DNA of 64,000 bases from Thermoanaerobaculia bacterium (GTDB lineage Bacteria > Acidobacteriota > Thermoanaerobaculia > UBA5066). Every line of letters starts with the position of its first letter. The stretch's first letter is position 1. Shown here in pieces: positions 9,646-19,419 of the stretch. The stretch spans positions 401,595-465,594 of the forward strand of contig CAWGCY010000004.1 in the NCBI GenBank assembly GCA_963821225.1, read 5' to 3'. The notes under the pieces are model-generated. The model was not told the DNA's origin. It saw only the letters and a list, made by a program, of their open reading frames with translations, and did not search any database. A program made the position numbers and the translations under genes.

Positions 9646-10437
9646 GTGACGTGCCGCTTCCCGCGCGCCGCCGCCGCGCTCGCCGTTCTCGCCTTGACTC
9701 CCCTCGCCCTCGACGCCGCCCCGAAGTTCTCTTACGAGGACTGGAACAAGGTCCTCGGGAAGTACGTCGACGCGCACGGGTACGTGAATTACGAGGCGCT
9801 CGCGGCGGACCGCGGCACCCTCGACCGGTTCCTCGCGGCCATCGAGAAGACCAGCCCGCGGTCGAATCCCGAGCTCTTCCCCTCGAAGAACGACCAGCTC
9901 GCCTACTGGCTGAACGCCTACAACGCGCAGGTCTTCAAGGGCGTCCTCGCGCGCGGGCCCGAGAAAGAGAGCGTCTGGAAGGGCGGAATCTTCTCGGGGT
10001 ACTCGTTTTTCGTCGGCATGGACATCGTCCTCGGCGGCGAGAAGCTGAACCTCAAGAAGCTCGAGGACAAGACCGTCCGCGGGGGCTTCAGGGACCCGCG
10101 CGTCCACGCGGCGTTGAACTGCGCCTCCAAGGGCTGCCCGCGCCTGCCGCAGGTCGCCTTCGACCCCGAGAAGCTCGACGAGCAGCTCGACGACGGAATG
10201 AAGGGCTTCGTCGCCGAAAAGCGCAACGTGACGATCGACGACGCGGCGAAGACGGTCACGCTCTCGAAGATTTTCGACTGGTTCTCCGGGGACTTCGTCG
10301 CGTACGAGCGATCCCACGCGGATCCGGACGGCAGCCAGGTCGACTACGTGAACCGCTATCGCGGCTCGCTCCCCAAGGTGCCGAAGGGCTATGCGATGAA
10401 GTTCTTCGACTACGACAAGGGGGTAAACAGACAGTAG
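9646..10437 (+). CDS. DUF547 family secreted protein
   Basis: GGAGGTG RBS/start. Signal peptide. Hallmark DUF547 motifs (AYWLNAYNA..., ALNCASKGCPRLP...). Confidence 0.7.
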   Translation: MTCRFPRAAAALAVLALTPLALDAAPKFSYEDWNKVLGKYVDAHGYVNYEALAADRGTLDRFLAAIEKTSPRSNPELFPSKNDQLAYWLNAYNAQVFKGVLARGPEKESVWKGGIFSGYSFFVGMDIVLGGEKLNLKKLEDKTVRGGFRDPRVHAALNCASKGCPRLPQVAFDPEKLDEQLDDGMKGFVAEKRNVTIDDAAKTVTLSKIFDWFSGDFVAYERSHADPDGSQVDYVNRYRGSLPKVPKGYAMKFFDYDKGVNRQ

Positions 10438-10504
10438 GCGCAGGTCAGGCAGGGGGAACCGGACCACGGTTCCCTCGTCCCCCCCCTTCGGGGTGGGGGA
10501 TTCC

Positions 10505-10535
10505 CGTCCGACAAAAGGACTGATACTCTTTAGCA
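10505..10535 (+). promoter_or_regulatory. AT-rich putative operator/promoter upstream of fur-family gene (possible autoregulatory Fur box)
   Basis: ACTGATACTCTTTAGCAGTGAATCAATAC is AT-rich against a 70% GC background with partial dyad symmetry (TGATA...TCAATA). It is preceded by two GC-rich hairpins that terminate the upstream gene. Confidence 0.25.
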
Positions 10536-11012
10536 GTGAATCAATACGCAGACGAACGCCGCGTCTTCGATGATTTTCTGCGAAAAAAGGGCCTGAAGGT
10601 CACGCGCGAGAGGACCGCCCTCTTCGACGAGATCTTCTCGACCCACCGGCATTTCGACGCGGAGGATCTCGTGATCCGCATGCGCGACCGCGGCACGAAG
10701 GTCAGCCGCGCGACGATCTACCGGACGCTCGAGCTCCTGCACGGGTGCGGCCTCGTGGGGCGCGTGCGGCTGAACGAGGAGAAGTACCGCTACGAAAGGC
10801 TCCGCAAGGGCGAGCACCACGACCACCTCGTGTGCTCGAGCTGCGGCAAGGTCATCGAGTTCATCGACACGGCCATCGAGAAACGTCAGGAGGCCGTCTG
10901 CAGGGAGTACGACTTCGTCGCGACGTCGCACTCCCACCAGATCCGCGGTCTCTGCGCCGCCTGCCGCAAGGCGGCTACGAAACCTGCCGGGAGAGCTCCG
11001 GGCGCAGCCTGA
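10536..11012 (+). CDS. Fur-family transcriptional regulator (Fur/Zur/PerR)
   Basis: GTG start. DNA-binding helix region RATIYRTLELL, HHDHLVCSSCGKV metal site and a second CxxC near the C-terminus. Confidence 0.8.
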   Translation: MNQYADERRVFDDFLRKKGLKVTRERTALFDEIFSTHRHFDAEDLVIRMRDRGTKVSRATIYRTLELLHGCGLVGRVRLNEEKYRYERLRKGEHHDHLVCSSCGKVIEFIDTAIEKRQEAVCREYDFVATSHSHQIRGLCAACRKAATKPAGRAPGAA

Positions 11013-11018
11013 GGGCCG

Positions 11019-13091
11019 TCAGGGGCTCGGCTCCGAGAGAGGAAGCGACGCGACGGGCGGCGCGTTCTCGAGCGGGAGGCCGTAAAGAGCGGAGTAGCTG
11101 CCCTGGTAGAAGAGAACGCGCTTGACGTAGTTGCGCGTTTCCGGGAAAGGGATCGACTCGAGGAACTCGTCCTCCGGTGCGAGGCCGGAGGCCTTCTTCC
11201 ATGCACGGACGCGGCCCGGCCCGGCGTTGTAGGCCGCGAGCGCCGCGGCCGTGTCGCCCGGGAAGGCGTCGAGGAGCTGCCTGAGGTAGCGCGCGCCCAG
11301 GCGCAGGTTAGCGGCCGCGTCGTTGAGGTCGGGGCGTCCCTTGCCGTTCTCCTTCCGGTAGAGCAGGCGGCCGGTGGACGGCATGACCTGCATGAGACCG
11401 AGGGCGCCTGAGCGCGACTTCGCGCTCCCGGCAAAAACGCTCTCCTGCCGGATGAGGCCGAAGAGGAGCGAGGCGGGCACGCCCGCGGCGCGCGCGGCCT
11501 CTTCGATCCGATCCGCCTCCGCGAGCGGGTAATACGCGCTCCGCGCTTCCGGAGGCACGGCACCCTCCTCCGGAGTCCCAAGCTCCGGATAGCGCCTTTT
11601 CAGGATGGCGGCAGCGCGCCTGTGGTCGCCCCGGGCCGAGGCGGCGCGCCCGGCGAAAAGCGGGTCGAGCGAGCCCTCACTCTCGGCGGCGTCCTCGGCG
11701 AGGTCGGGAAAGCCGCACCGGAGAAGCTCCCGCGAGGGCGCCCCCGGCACCTCGGCGATCTCCTCCGTGCTCAGGGAGACGGCGGCGGGCGGAGCGGCCG
11801 GCAGCGTGACGCCGAGCGCAGCGGCGGCCCACCGCGCGTAGAGGTCCGGGACGGTGCCGGGGACGAGCCCTGCGTAGAGCGCCTTCGCCGTCGATGCGTC
11901 GCCGCCGCGCTCGTGGGCGCGCGCGGACCAGTACGTCGCCCGGCGCTTGAGAAAGACCGTTCGGTACGCCGTGATCTGCTCGTCGAGCAGGCGCGCGGCG
12001 CCCGAGAAATCGCCGGCCGTGAAATGCGTCCAGGCTTCGGCGAACCATTCCGACGCGCCGGCTTCGGTTGCGGGGTCGAGGCTCACGAGGGGCGCGAGGA
12101 GGCGGCGGGCTTCGTCGGCGTGGGCGGTTCTGAAGGCGAGACGGATTCCCGTGCTGAGAAGCCGCCGGCGGTCCTCTTCGGACAGCGGCTTCGCGAGGAG
12201 CGCATCGAGCCGCGCGAGGCGTTCTGACGCAGCCGCCTTCTCCTTCTCGGAGACCGGGGCGGGAGACTTTGCGGGCCGGACGGGGCGCGCGCGGCGGGCG
12301 CGGCGCGTGCGCGACGATTCCGGCGTCCCCAGGAGGCTCGTCTCGACGAGCCACGAGAGGGCGGAGAGGTGAAGCGCTGCCGCCTCGTCCAGCGGAGCAC
12401 CCTGCAGGCGCGCGAGGAGGCGCTTGGCGTCGCGCGGACTTCCGGCGACGAGCCAGGCATCGGCCAGCGCGGGGATCGAGGCGGTGGGCGGATTGGCGCC
12501 GAGCGAGCGCAAGAGCGCGGACGCCGCTTTCGGATCGCGCGCGACGAGTGCACGCGCCCTCTTCACGCGAATGTCGGCAGGCGCCGTGCCCACCGCGGCG
12601 TCGAAGGCGTCTCGATCGACGTCGTCGAAGACGTCGGCGGCGCGCGCGGGCGCGTCGGGAAAGACGGCCGCGAGGGCGACGAGGCGCTGGCGGCCGGCCT
12701 CCGCGCCGAGGACGCGCGCCTCGGCCAGCGTGCGTGCGATGAAGGCTCGCGGTTGAGAGGGGGGCGGCTCGGGTCGTGCGAGGAGAGCGGCGCTGACCGA
12801 CGCGCGCTCTTCGGGGCTCGCGGCGAGGCGCGCCGCCACCCCGAGCGCTCTGCGCGCGAACGGCTCGCCGGGCTCTTTCGCCGCGAACGCGAGGAGCGCG
12901 CTCACGCGGGTCGCCCTCGAGGAGAGAGAGGCCGCGAGGGCGATCCACGGGGGTAGGTCGGAAATCCCGAGCGACGACGCGTCGAGACCCTCGACGAGAG
13001 ACACGGCAGAGCCGTCCTCCCGCGCGAGAGCAGCCGACGCGGCACGCAGCCGCTCACGCACGGCTTCCGGTTGCGGTGCGGCTTCCGGCAC
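11019..13091 (-). CDS. slt: Soluble lytic murein transglycosylase (Slt70-like, alpha-superhelical domain + SLT catalytic domain)
   Basis: C-terminal SLT motifs LIRQESVF...GLMQVMP...AAYNAGPGRV. Long alpha-helical N-terminal region. The annotated start is GTG. A signal-peptide-like sequence lies in-frame upstream (see findings). Confidence 0.75.
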   Translation of the reverse strand: MPEAAPQPEAVRERLRAASAALAREDGSAVSLVEGLDASSLGISDLPPWIALAASLSSRATRVSALLAFAAKEPGEPFARRALGVAARLAASPEERASVSAALLARPEPPPSQPRAFIARTLAEARVLGAEAGRQRLVALAAVFPDAPARAADVFDDVDRDAFDAAVGTAPADIRVKRARALVARDPKAASALLRSLGANPPTASIPALADAWLVAGSPRDAKRLLARLQGAPLDEAAALHLSALSWLVETSLLGTPESSRTRRARRARPVRPAKSPAPVSEKEKAAASERLARLDALLAKPLSEEDRRRLLSTGIRLAFRTAHADEARRLLAPLVSLDPATEAGASEWFAEAWTHFTAGDFSGAARLLDEQITAYRTVFLKRRATYWSARAHERGGDASTAKALYAGLVPGTVPDLYARWAAAALGVTLPAAPPAAVSLSTEEIAEVPGAPSRELLRCGFPDLAEDAAESEGSLDPLFAGRAASARGDHRRAAAILKRRYPELGTPEEGAVPPEARSAYYPLAEADRIEEAARAAGVPASLLFGLIRQESVFAGSAKSRSGALGLMQVMPSTGRLLYRKENGKGRPDLNDAAANLRLGARYLRQLLDAFPGDTAAALAAYNAGPGRVRAWKKASGLAPEDEFLESIPFPETRNYVKRVLFYQGSYSALYGLPLENAPPVASLPLSEPSP

Positions 13092-13167
13092 CTCGGGAGA
13101 GGCCGCCCGGGCGGCGCTCCCCAGGCCGAGCGCGCCCGCGAGGAGGAGAACCCGGAGAGTCAGCGGC

Positions 13168-14778
13168 TCAGCTCACCGAACCGAGCGCTTCGGCCCGCCC
13201 GTCGGCGAGGATGCGCACGAGCTCGTCGTGGAAGAAGTCCGTGTCCTGTCGGATGTTGGCGGGCGTGCGCTCGTCGTAAACCTGCCGGCTTCTCTCGATG
13301 TCGTCCTTGAGGCGCTCGTAGAGGTCTTGGGCTGCGCGGCCGTCCTCGACTTTCTTCTCGTTGTAGAGCTTGATCTCCGAGATGAGAAGGCGGGCGAGGC
13401 GGCGCGCGTCGTCGAGCGCACGCTGAGGGCTGTCCGGTGCGGCTGCGGCGCGGCCGCGGGGCACGAAACCGGAGATCGGCCGGGGGGAGCCCGCCAGGTC
13501 GCGTGGCGGCATGACGGCGGACGTGGGCCGGACCGGCTTCTGCGCCGTCACGTCGGCCTCCCCCGCGAGCGGGACACGTCCGGACGCGCGAAGGGCCTCG
13601 AACGCACCGGTGAAATCGCCCGTCGAGGCGTTCGCGAGCGGTGAGGTGGCGGGCCCGGGCAAGGGAGGCGGGGGAGCCGGCGCGACGGGGGGAGCGGAAG
13701 GGAATGACGAGGGCGGAGGGGGCGCGGGGGCCGCTCCGATCGTCGGAATCGCGCTCGTCAGGCCGGGGTCGGACGAGAAGGACCGGATCCCCTGGGGGAT
13801 TCTCGTCTTGGCCGCCTCCTCGATTGCACGAAGGGCCTCGCCGGCGTCGGTCGACCTCGAACGCTGAGTCGGCGCCGGGGCCGCGGTCGGCGAAGGGGCC
13901 AGCGCGGAAGGGGGTGGGGCGGCGGAAGGGGTCGCGATCTCGAAGTCTGCCGCGGCCGCACGCATCGTCGCGCCGGGGGGCTCGAAGCGCGGGATCGCCT
14001 CGCCCGTGGGCGTGAGGGAAGGAGACGGGATCTTCTTGCGCGCGGCCAGGAGGTCCACGGCGAGCCCGGTCACGAACGTCAGAACCTCGACGGCGGCCTC
14101 GTTCAGGCGGCCTTCCTCGCCCGGCAGCTCGTCCGCGCAGACGATGCCCGCAAGCCGGTCTCGGATCACCATGGGAACGAGGAGTGTGCGCGCGGGCGTC
14201 TGTCCGGAAAGGGCGCGGCGGAGCGGACTGGACTCGTCGGGGGGCTCGGCGAGCATGGAGTGTTGCGACTTGAGCAACGAGGCGACGAACGGATCGTCCT
14301 CGACGCCGAGGTCGAGCGCGCGGATGGCCTCGTCGCGTCCGCCCGACGCGTCGAAGCCGACGGACTTCCACCCGGTGAGCCGGTCGTTGCGCAGGACGAG
14401 AAGGGCCACGCGCGAGGCGTGCGCGTTCACGCGCGTGAGAAAGCGCGAGAGGACGTCGACCTGCGAGCGGGCGGACTCGATCGCGGCGAGCGAGCCGCGC
14501 ACTACGGTCCAGTCGGCCTGCGGCGCGCCCGGAGCCACGGCGGGCGCGGGCGGAGGCGGGGGCGCCGCGGGGACCACGTCCTCGAGCATCAGCGACACGA
14601 GGTTCTCGGGAAGAAGAGGCTTGGCATGCGCCGGGATCTTGTCGGAGAGGGTTGTGAGAAGCGCCTCGATGTCTCTCCGCGCGTCCACGAGCGACGACTT
14701 CCACGTCGCGAGGTGGTCCTCGAGATGCGTGGAGAGCGATTCGATCAAGCGGCGTGTCGCGGCGGGGTCGACCGGCAT
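13168..14778 (-). CDS. GAF-domain, proline-rich hypothetical protein
   Basis: Central GAF-like region (ALLVLRNDRLTGWKSVGFD...LLVPMVIRDRLAGIVCADE) flanked by long Pro/Ala-rich low-complexity segments and a conserved-looking charged C-terminal helical region. Confidence 0.5.
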   Translation of the reverse strand: MPVDPAATRRLIESLSTHLEDHLATWKSSLVDARRDIEALLTTLSDKIPAHAKPLLPENLVSLMLEDVVPAAPPPPPAPAVAPGAPQADWTVVRGSLAAIESARSQVDVLSRFLTRVNAHASRVALLVLRNDRLTGWKSVGFDASGGRDEAIRALDLGVEDDPFVASLLKSQHSMLAEPPDESSPLRRALSGQTPARTLLVPMVIRDRLAGIVCADELPGEEGRLNEAAVEVLTFVTGLAVDLLAARKKIPSPSLTPTGEAIPRFEPPGATMRAAAADFEIATPSAAPPPSALAPSPTAAPAPTQRSRSTDAGEALRAIEEAAKTRIPQGIRSFSSDPGLTSAIPTIGAAPAPPPPSSFPSAPPVAPAPPPPLPGPATSPLANASTGDFTGAFEALRASGRVPLAGEADVTAQKPVRPTSAVMPPRDLAGSPRPISGFVPRGRAAAAPDSPQRALDDARRLARLLISEIKLYNEKKVEDGRAAQDLYERLKDDIERSRQVYDERTPANIRQDTDFFHDELVRILADGRAEALGSVS

Positions 14779-14873
14779 ACGTCTCCTGACGGCGCCATCG
14801 CGAGGACCTTCGGCGTCGTGTTCGCGGCATTATATTCGGACAGCGCCGCGGAACGAGGCCGGGAAGGGACACG

Positions 14874-14902
14874 TTGACCTCGGGCGCCGCCGCCTCTAGC
14901 AT
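14874..14902 (+). promoter_or_regulatory. Sigma-70-type promoter for the rpsU-mutS2-dnaG-rpoD operon
   Basis: TTGACC (14874-79), then a 17-nt spacer, then TAGCAT (14897-902), about 70 nt upstream of the rpsU start. Confidence 0.45.
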
Positions 14903-14975
14903 GTGGAGTTTGCCCACGCCCTCGGGAACGGCGGGTTCCACGGGCATTCGGGGCCGGAGAGGAGGGAGATCCGAA

Positions 14976-15182
14976 GTGCCGTTGATCCACGTCAAGGAAG
15001 ACGAGTCGTTCGAAAACGCCCTGCGCCGATTCAAGCGCAAGTGCGAGAAATCCGGAATCCTCTCCGAGCTCAAAAAGCGTCAGCACTACGAGAAGCCCTC
15101 GGCCAAGCGCAAGCGCAAGGCGATCGCAGCCCGCAAGAAGATGCTCCGCAAGCTGGCTGAAGAGCGACGCACGGGGATGTAG
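14976..15182 (+). CDS. rpsU: 30S ribosomal protein S21
   Basis: GGAG RBS then GTG. (M)[47 protein letters not shown] matches S21. The track ORF starts further upstream at 14874, but the S21 homology begins here. Confidence 0.85.
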   Translation: MPLIHVKEDESFENALRRFKRKCEKSGILSELKKRQHYEKPSAKRKRKAIAARKKMLRKLAEERRTGM

Positions 15183-15193
15183 ATTCCCGTTCC

Positions 15194-17599
15194 GTGAGTC
15201 ATTCCGAGCTCGACTGGCCCGGCGCGCTTCGGCTCGCCGGGCGTTTTTGTGCCACGGAGCGCGGGCGCGACCGGCTCCTGGGCGCCGCGCCGTCGCCGGA
15301 CGCGTTTGAGGTCGTCCGCCGGCTCGGGGTGACGCGGGACCTGCTCCACCGACGGGCGCTCCGGCCCCCGGTACCGCTCGGCGGGCTCGACGAAGGGGCG
15401 CCGCTCGTTTCGCGACTGGGCCCGCAGGGACGCGCGCTCGCGCCGGAGGATCTCCTCGACCTCTTCCTTCTCGTCGAGCGGGCGGAAGGCGCGCGGGCCG
15501 CCGTTCCCGTCCCCGACCTCGATCTCCCCCACCTGGCCGACCTGCTTTTTTCCCTCGCGTCCTTCGAGGACCTTCTCTCGGAACGCGAGCCCACGTTCGA
15601 GCCCGACGGGCGCGTCAAGGACACGGCGTCCGCGCGGCTCTATGCGATCCGCTCGTCGATCCAGCGCTTGCGCAAGGAGGTCGTCCGAAAGCTCGAGGAG
15701 GTCGCGCGAACGCATCCGGACGCGCTGACGGGCGGGTACGTCACCGAGAAGGGCGGGCGCTACTGCCTGCCCGTGCGCGCGGACCGCCGCGAGCTCGTGG
15801 GAGGGCTCCTGCACGAGCGGTCGGGCTCGGGCCAGACGATCTTCGTCGAGCCGCTCGCCGTCGTCGAGGACAACAACGCTCTCGCGGAAGCCGTCGAGGA
15901 GGAGCGCGAAGAGGTGTACCGCATCCTGGCGGCGCTCACGGCGCGGTTCTCCTCGCGGCGCGATGACCTCCTGGCCGCGGTCGAGGTGCTCACCGAGCTG
16001 GACGCGTATCAGGCGCGCGCGGAATTCTCGTCGTGCGTTGCCGGCGTTTTCCCCGACTTTTCGGACCGGCTCGTTCTCCGGGCCGCGCGCCATCCCCTTC
16101 TCGATCGGCGCCTCGCGGATCTCCGCGCGGACGTCTTCGGAGAGCTCGAGGCACGCCACGCCGACGCGGTGCCGCTGGACCTCGAGCTGCCCGGGGACGC
16201 GCGCCTTCTCCTCCTGTCCGGCCCGAACGCGGGCGGCAAGAGCGTGGCGATGAAGACCGTCGGGCTCTTCGCGCTCCTCGCGCAGTCTGGCTTCGCGATC
16301 CCGGCCGCGGCCGGCTCCATGCTCCCCGTCTTCGACCAGGTGCTCGTCGTCGCGGGCGACGCGCAGGATCTCCTCGGCGACCTCTCGTCGTTCGCGGCGG
16401 CGATGACGCGTACGGCACGCGTCCTCTCCGAGGCGACACCGAGAAGCCTCGTGCTCGTCGACGAGCTCGGCAGCGGCACGGATCCGGACGAAGGGGCGGC
16501 GCTCGCGATTGCCGTTCTCGAGGAGGACCTCTTGCGCGGCGGCTTCACGGTCGCGACGACGCACCTTTCGGCCGTGAAGGAGTGGGCGCAAGACAGGACA
16601 GGCGTCCTTTCGGCCGCGATGGAGTTCGACGAGAAAGCCGGCCGGCCCACTTTCCGCGTGCGGCCGGGCGCCGCGGGCCGCTCGCGCGCGCTCGCCGTGG
16701 CGGAGAAGGCAGGCCTGCCCGCGCGCGTCCTTTCGGCCGCGAAAAAGCGCCTCGGCGCGAAATGGGAGGCGGCCGACGCGGCGCTCGCGCGTCTCGAGAC
16801 CGAGACGCGCCGCGCCCGTGAAGAGGCGGAGAAGGCGAAAGCGGCCGGGGAGACGGCACGCGCGAGGCTCGGCGAGCTGGAGAAGGAGCGTGCCGCCCTC
16901 TCGGCCGAGCGCATGCGCCTGAAGGAGAAGGCGAAGGTCGAGATCGACCGGGCGCTCGCGATGCTGCGCGAGAAGACCCGGCAGGAGCTCGAGCGCATGC
17001 GCGAAGACCTGAAGGCGGGCCGCTCGATCTCGAGGGGCGCGCTCATGACCGTCACGCAGTCGGCGCGGGAGGCCGCGCTCTCCCTGTTCGGCGGGGACGA
17101 GGAGCCCTCCCGCGAGGCCGGCCCCGTGGCCGTCGGCATGGAGGTCCGCGTCGCGAGCCTCGGCACGTCCGGCCGGCTCCTCGCGCTCGACGCGGGCCGG
17201 GGCGAGGCCGAAGTCGAGGTGAAGGGCAAACGCTTGAGGGTGGCAGCGGCTTCCCTGTCCCCGGCCCCGGCAGGCCGTGCCCTTCCGCGCCGGACCCCCG
17301 CCCTGGCGTCGAGCCGGGCTGCGACTCCCCCGACCCCTTCTTCCGGAGTCGTCGCCACGGCGGAAGCCGTGCTCGTCGGCCTGCGCGTCGACGAAGCCCT
17401 GCCCGTCGTGGAGAAGGCGATCAACGACGCGCTTCTCTCGGGCAAGGCGGCACTGCGCCTGGTCCATGGCCACGGCACGGGCCGTCTGGCGGCGGCCGTG
17501 CGCGAGTTCCTCCAAACCCATCCCGGAGTCGCGTCGTATCGCTGGGGAGACGCACAGGAAGGCGGCCAGGCGGTGACGATCGCGAGGCTGGATGTCTGA
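15194..17599 (+). CDS. mutS2: Endonuclease MutS2 (MutS domain + C-terminal Smr domain)
   Basis: Walker A LLLSGPNAGGKSVAMKTVG. MutS ABC signature region ...VLVDELGSGTDP. C-terminal Smr domain LRLVHGHGTGRLAAAVREFL. Confidence 0.85.
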   Translation: MSHSELDWPGALRLAGRFCATERGRDRLLGAAPSPDAFEVVRRLGVTRDLLHRRALRPPVPLGGLDEGAPLVSRLGPQGRALAPEDLLDLFLLVERAEGARAAVPVPDLDLPHLADLLFSLASFEDLLSEREPTFEPDGRVKDTASARLYAIRSSIQRLRKEVVRKLEEVARTHPDALTGGYVTEKGGRYCLPVRADRRELVGGLLHERSGSGQTIFVEPLAVVEDNNALAEAVEEEREEVYRILAALTARFSSRRDDLLAAVEVLTELDAYQARAEFSSCVAGVFPDFSDRLVLRAARHPLLDRRLADLRADVFGELEARHADAVPLDLELPGDARLLLLSGPNAGGKSVAMKTVGLFALLAQSGFAIPAAAGSMLPVFDQVLVVAGDAQDLLGDLSSFAAAMTRTARVLSEATPRSLVLVDELGSGTDPDEGAALAIAVLEEDLLRGGFTVATTHLSAVKEWAQDRTGVLSAAMEFDEKAGRPTFRVRPGAAGRSRALAVAEKAGLPARVLSAAKKRLGAKWEAADAALARLETETRRAREEAEKAKAAGETARARLGELEKERAALSAERMRLKEKAKVEIDRALAMLREKTRQELERMREDLKAGRSISRGALMTVTQSAREAALSLFGGDEEPSREAGPVAVGMEVRVASLGTSGRLLALDAGRGEAEVEVKGKRLRVAAASLSPAPAGRALPRRTPALASSRAATPPTPSSGVVATAEAVLVGLRVDEALPVVEKAINDALLSGKAALRLVHGHGTGRLAAAVREFLQTHPGVASYRWGDAQEGGQAVTIARLDV

Positions 17600-19418
17600 G
17601 CCCATTTACGACATCACGGACGACATCAAGCGCGACATCCTCGCGGCGACGGACCTCGTACAGCTCATCGGCACTACGACCTCGCTCAAGAAAGCCGGCC
17701 GCTCGTGGAAGGGCCTGTGCCCGTTCCACGGCGAGAAAACCCCTTCCTTTCACGTGCATCCCGACAAGGGCTTCTATTACTGCTTCGGATGCGGCGCCAA
17801 GGGTGACGCGATCACGTTCGTTCGCGAGACCGAGCGCCTCGAGTTTCCCGAGGCCGTCGCTTACCTCGCGCGCCTCGCCGGCATCACGCTCCCGATGCGC
17901 CGGAGCGGCCCGCGCGCGGACCGCGGCAAAGAGACGCGGTTAGCCGAGGCGCTGGCTCTGGCAGCCGCTTTTTTCCGCGCGAACCTGGACCGGCACGAGA
18001 CCGCCCGGGCGCTCCTCGAAAAACGCGGCCTCTCGCTCGAAGACGCTCGGGTGTACGGCTTCGGCGCGGCTCCGGACGCGTGGGACGCGCTGAAGACGTC
18101 GCTCGCCCCGCGCGTTCCGGAAGACACGAGTTTAGATGCCGGCCTCCTCCAGAAGAACCCGGAGACAGGCCGCGTGTACGACCGCTTCCGCAACCGCCTC
18201 ACGATCGAGATTCGCGACGGGCGCGGCGAGATCCTGGGCTTCGGCGCGCGCGCCTTCGGAGACGAGCAGCCGAAGTACCTCAATTCGCCGGAGACGGCGC
18301 GCTTCTCGAAGGGCAAGCTCCTCTACGGCCTCGACCGCGCGAAAGAGGCGATCCGGAAGGAGGACACCGTCCTCCTCGTCGAGGGCTATTTCGACCGCAT
18401 TGCGTGCGAGCGCGCGGGCGCCGCGAACGCGGTCGCCTCGATGGGGACGGCGCTCACGCCCGCTCAAGCCGACCTTCTGGCCCGTCAAGCCGCGACGGTG
18501 ATCGTCGCGTACGACGGCGACGCGCCCGGCCTCGCCGCCGCGTACAAGTCGTTTCCGCTGCTCCTGTCGCGCGGGGTGACCGTGAGGCACCTCGCGCTGC
18601 CGGATGGTCACGACCCCGACTCGTACCTTTCCGCCCGCGGAGCCGACGCGTTGAGGGCGGCGATTGCCTCGTGTCCTTCGCTTCTCGAGACGCTCCTCGA
18701 GAGGATTCCGACCGCTGGCGCGTCGGACCCGACCGAGCGCGCGACGAAGCTGCGCGAGGCCGTCGACGTCCTTTCGGCGGCGCCCGATCCCGTCCTTCGC
18801 CACGAGCTCCTGGCGGGGCTTTCGCGGGGTACGGGGGTCCCTCTTTCCGTTCTGGCCGGGCCGGGGAAGAAATCCGCTCTCGCGCCGGTTAAGCCGGCTC
18901 CGGTGGTTACGGGAAGCCGGTCTTCCCTGGACCTCCCGGAACAGGAGGCGCGTGTGCTCTCGGCACTTCTCACCGAATGGCCCGACAGTGCAGCCCTGGT
19001 CGGCAGGCTTCCGACGGAGATTTTCTCGCATCCTGTTGCGAAGGAGATACTTATCGCCCTGAAGGCGATCGAGGGAGAGCCCGTAACCCTTGATTTTTCT
19101 GAGTTTACGTCACATCTTGGGGCAGATGCGGGTCCCCTCGCCGCAGAATTGCTCCTCCAGCCAGGCAATTCGAGGTCGGACATCCCGGGCGAGAGCGGAG
19201 ACAAAGGCGGGCTTAGTCGTATTCATATCCCATTGCTGCAATTGAAGATACGTTTTCTGGAGGAGTCGGCAAAAGGCCTCCAGCCGGAGATCCAGAACGC
19301 CGCAGCGGCCGGAAACATGGAAGGGCGCGAGGCGGCCTATCGCCGCAAGCAGGCCCTCGTCGAAGAGATCCGGCGCCTGAAGGCGGAACTAAAGGCGGAA
19401 AACGCGAGTCGGACTTGA
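17592..19418 (+). CDS. dnaG: DNA primase
   Basis: Zinc-ribbon [36 protein letters not shown] region (LLVEGYFD...). 8-nt overlap with the mutS2 stop. Confidence 0.9.
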   Translation: MSEPIYDITDDIKRDILAATDLVQLIGTTTSLKKAGRSWKGLCPFHGEKTPSFHVHPDKGFYYCFGCGAKGDAITFVRETERLEFPEAVAYLARLAGITLPMRRSGPRADRGKETRLAEALALAAAFFRANLDRHETARALLEKRGLSLEDARVYGFGAAPDAWDALKTSLAPRVPEDTSLDAGLLQKNPETGRVYDRFRNRLTIEIRDGRGEILGFGARAFGDEQPKYLNSPETARFSKGKLLYGLDRAKEAIRKEDTVLLVEGYFDRIACERAGAANAVASMGTALTPAQADLLARQAATVIVAYDGDAPGLAAAYKSFPLLLSRGVTVRHLALPDGHDPDSYLSARGADALRAAIASCPSLLETLLERIPTAGASDPTERATKLREAVDVLSAAPDPVLRHELLAGLSRGTGVPLSVLAGPGKKSALAPVKPAPVVTGSRSSLDLPEQEARVLSALLTEWPDSAALVGRLPTEIFSHPVAKEILIALKAIEGEPVTLDFSEFTSHLGADAGPLAAELLLQPGNSRSDIPGESGDKGGLSRIHIPLLQLKIRFLEESAKGLQPEIQNAAAAGNMEGREAAYRRKQALVEEIRRLKAELKAENASRT

Positions 19419-19419
19419 A

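Noticed and set aside
15086-17605. 839-aa antisense ORF opposite mutS2, plus 16009..17478 (489 aa)
   Set aside because: Compositional artefact (Arg/Ala/Gly-rich). mutS2 on the + strand has Walker A, MutS and Smr motifs.
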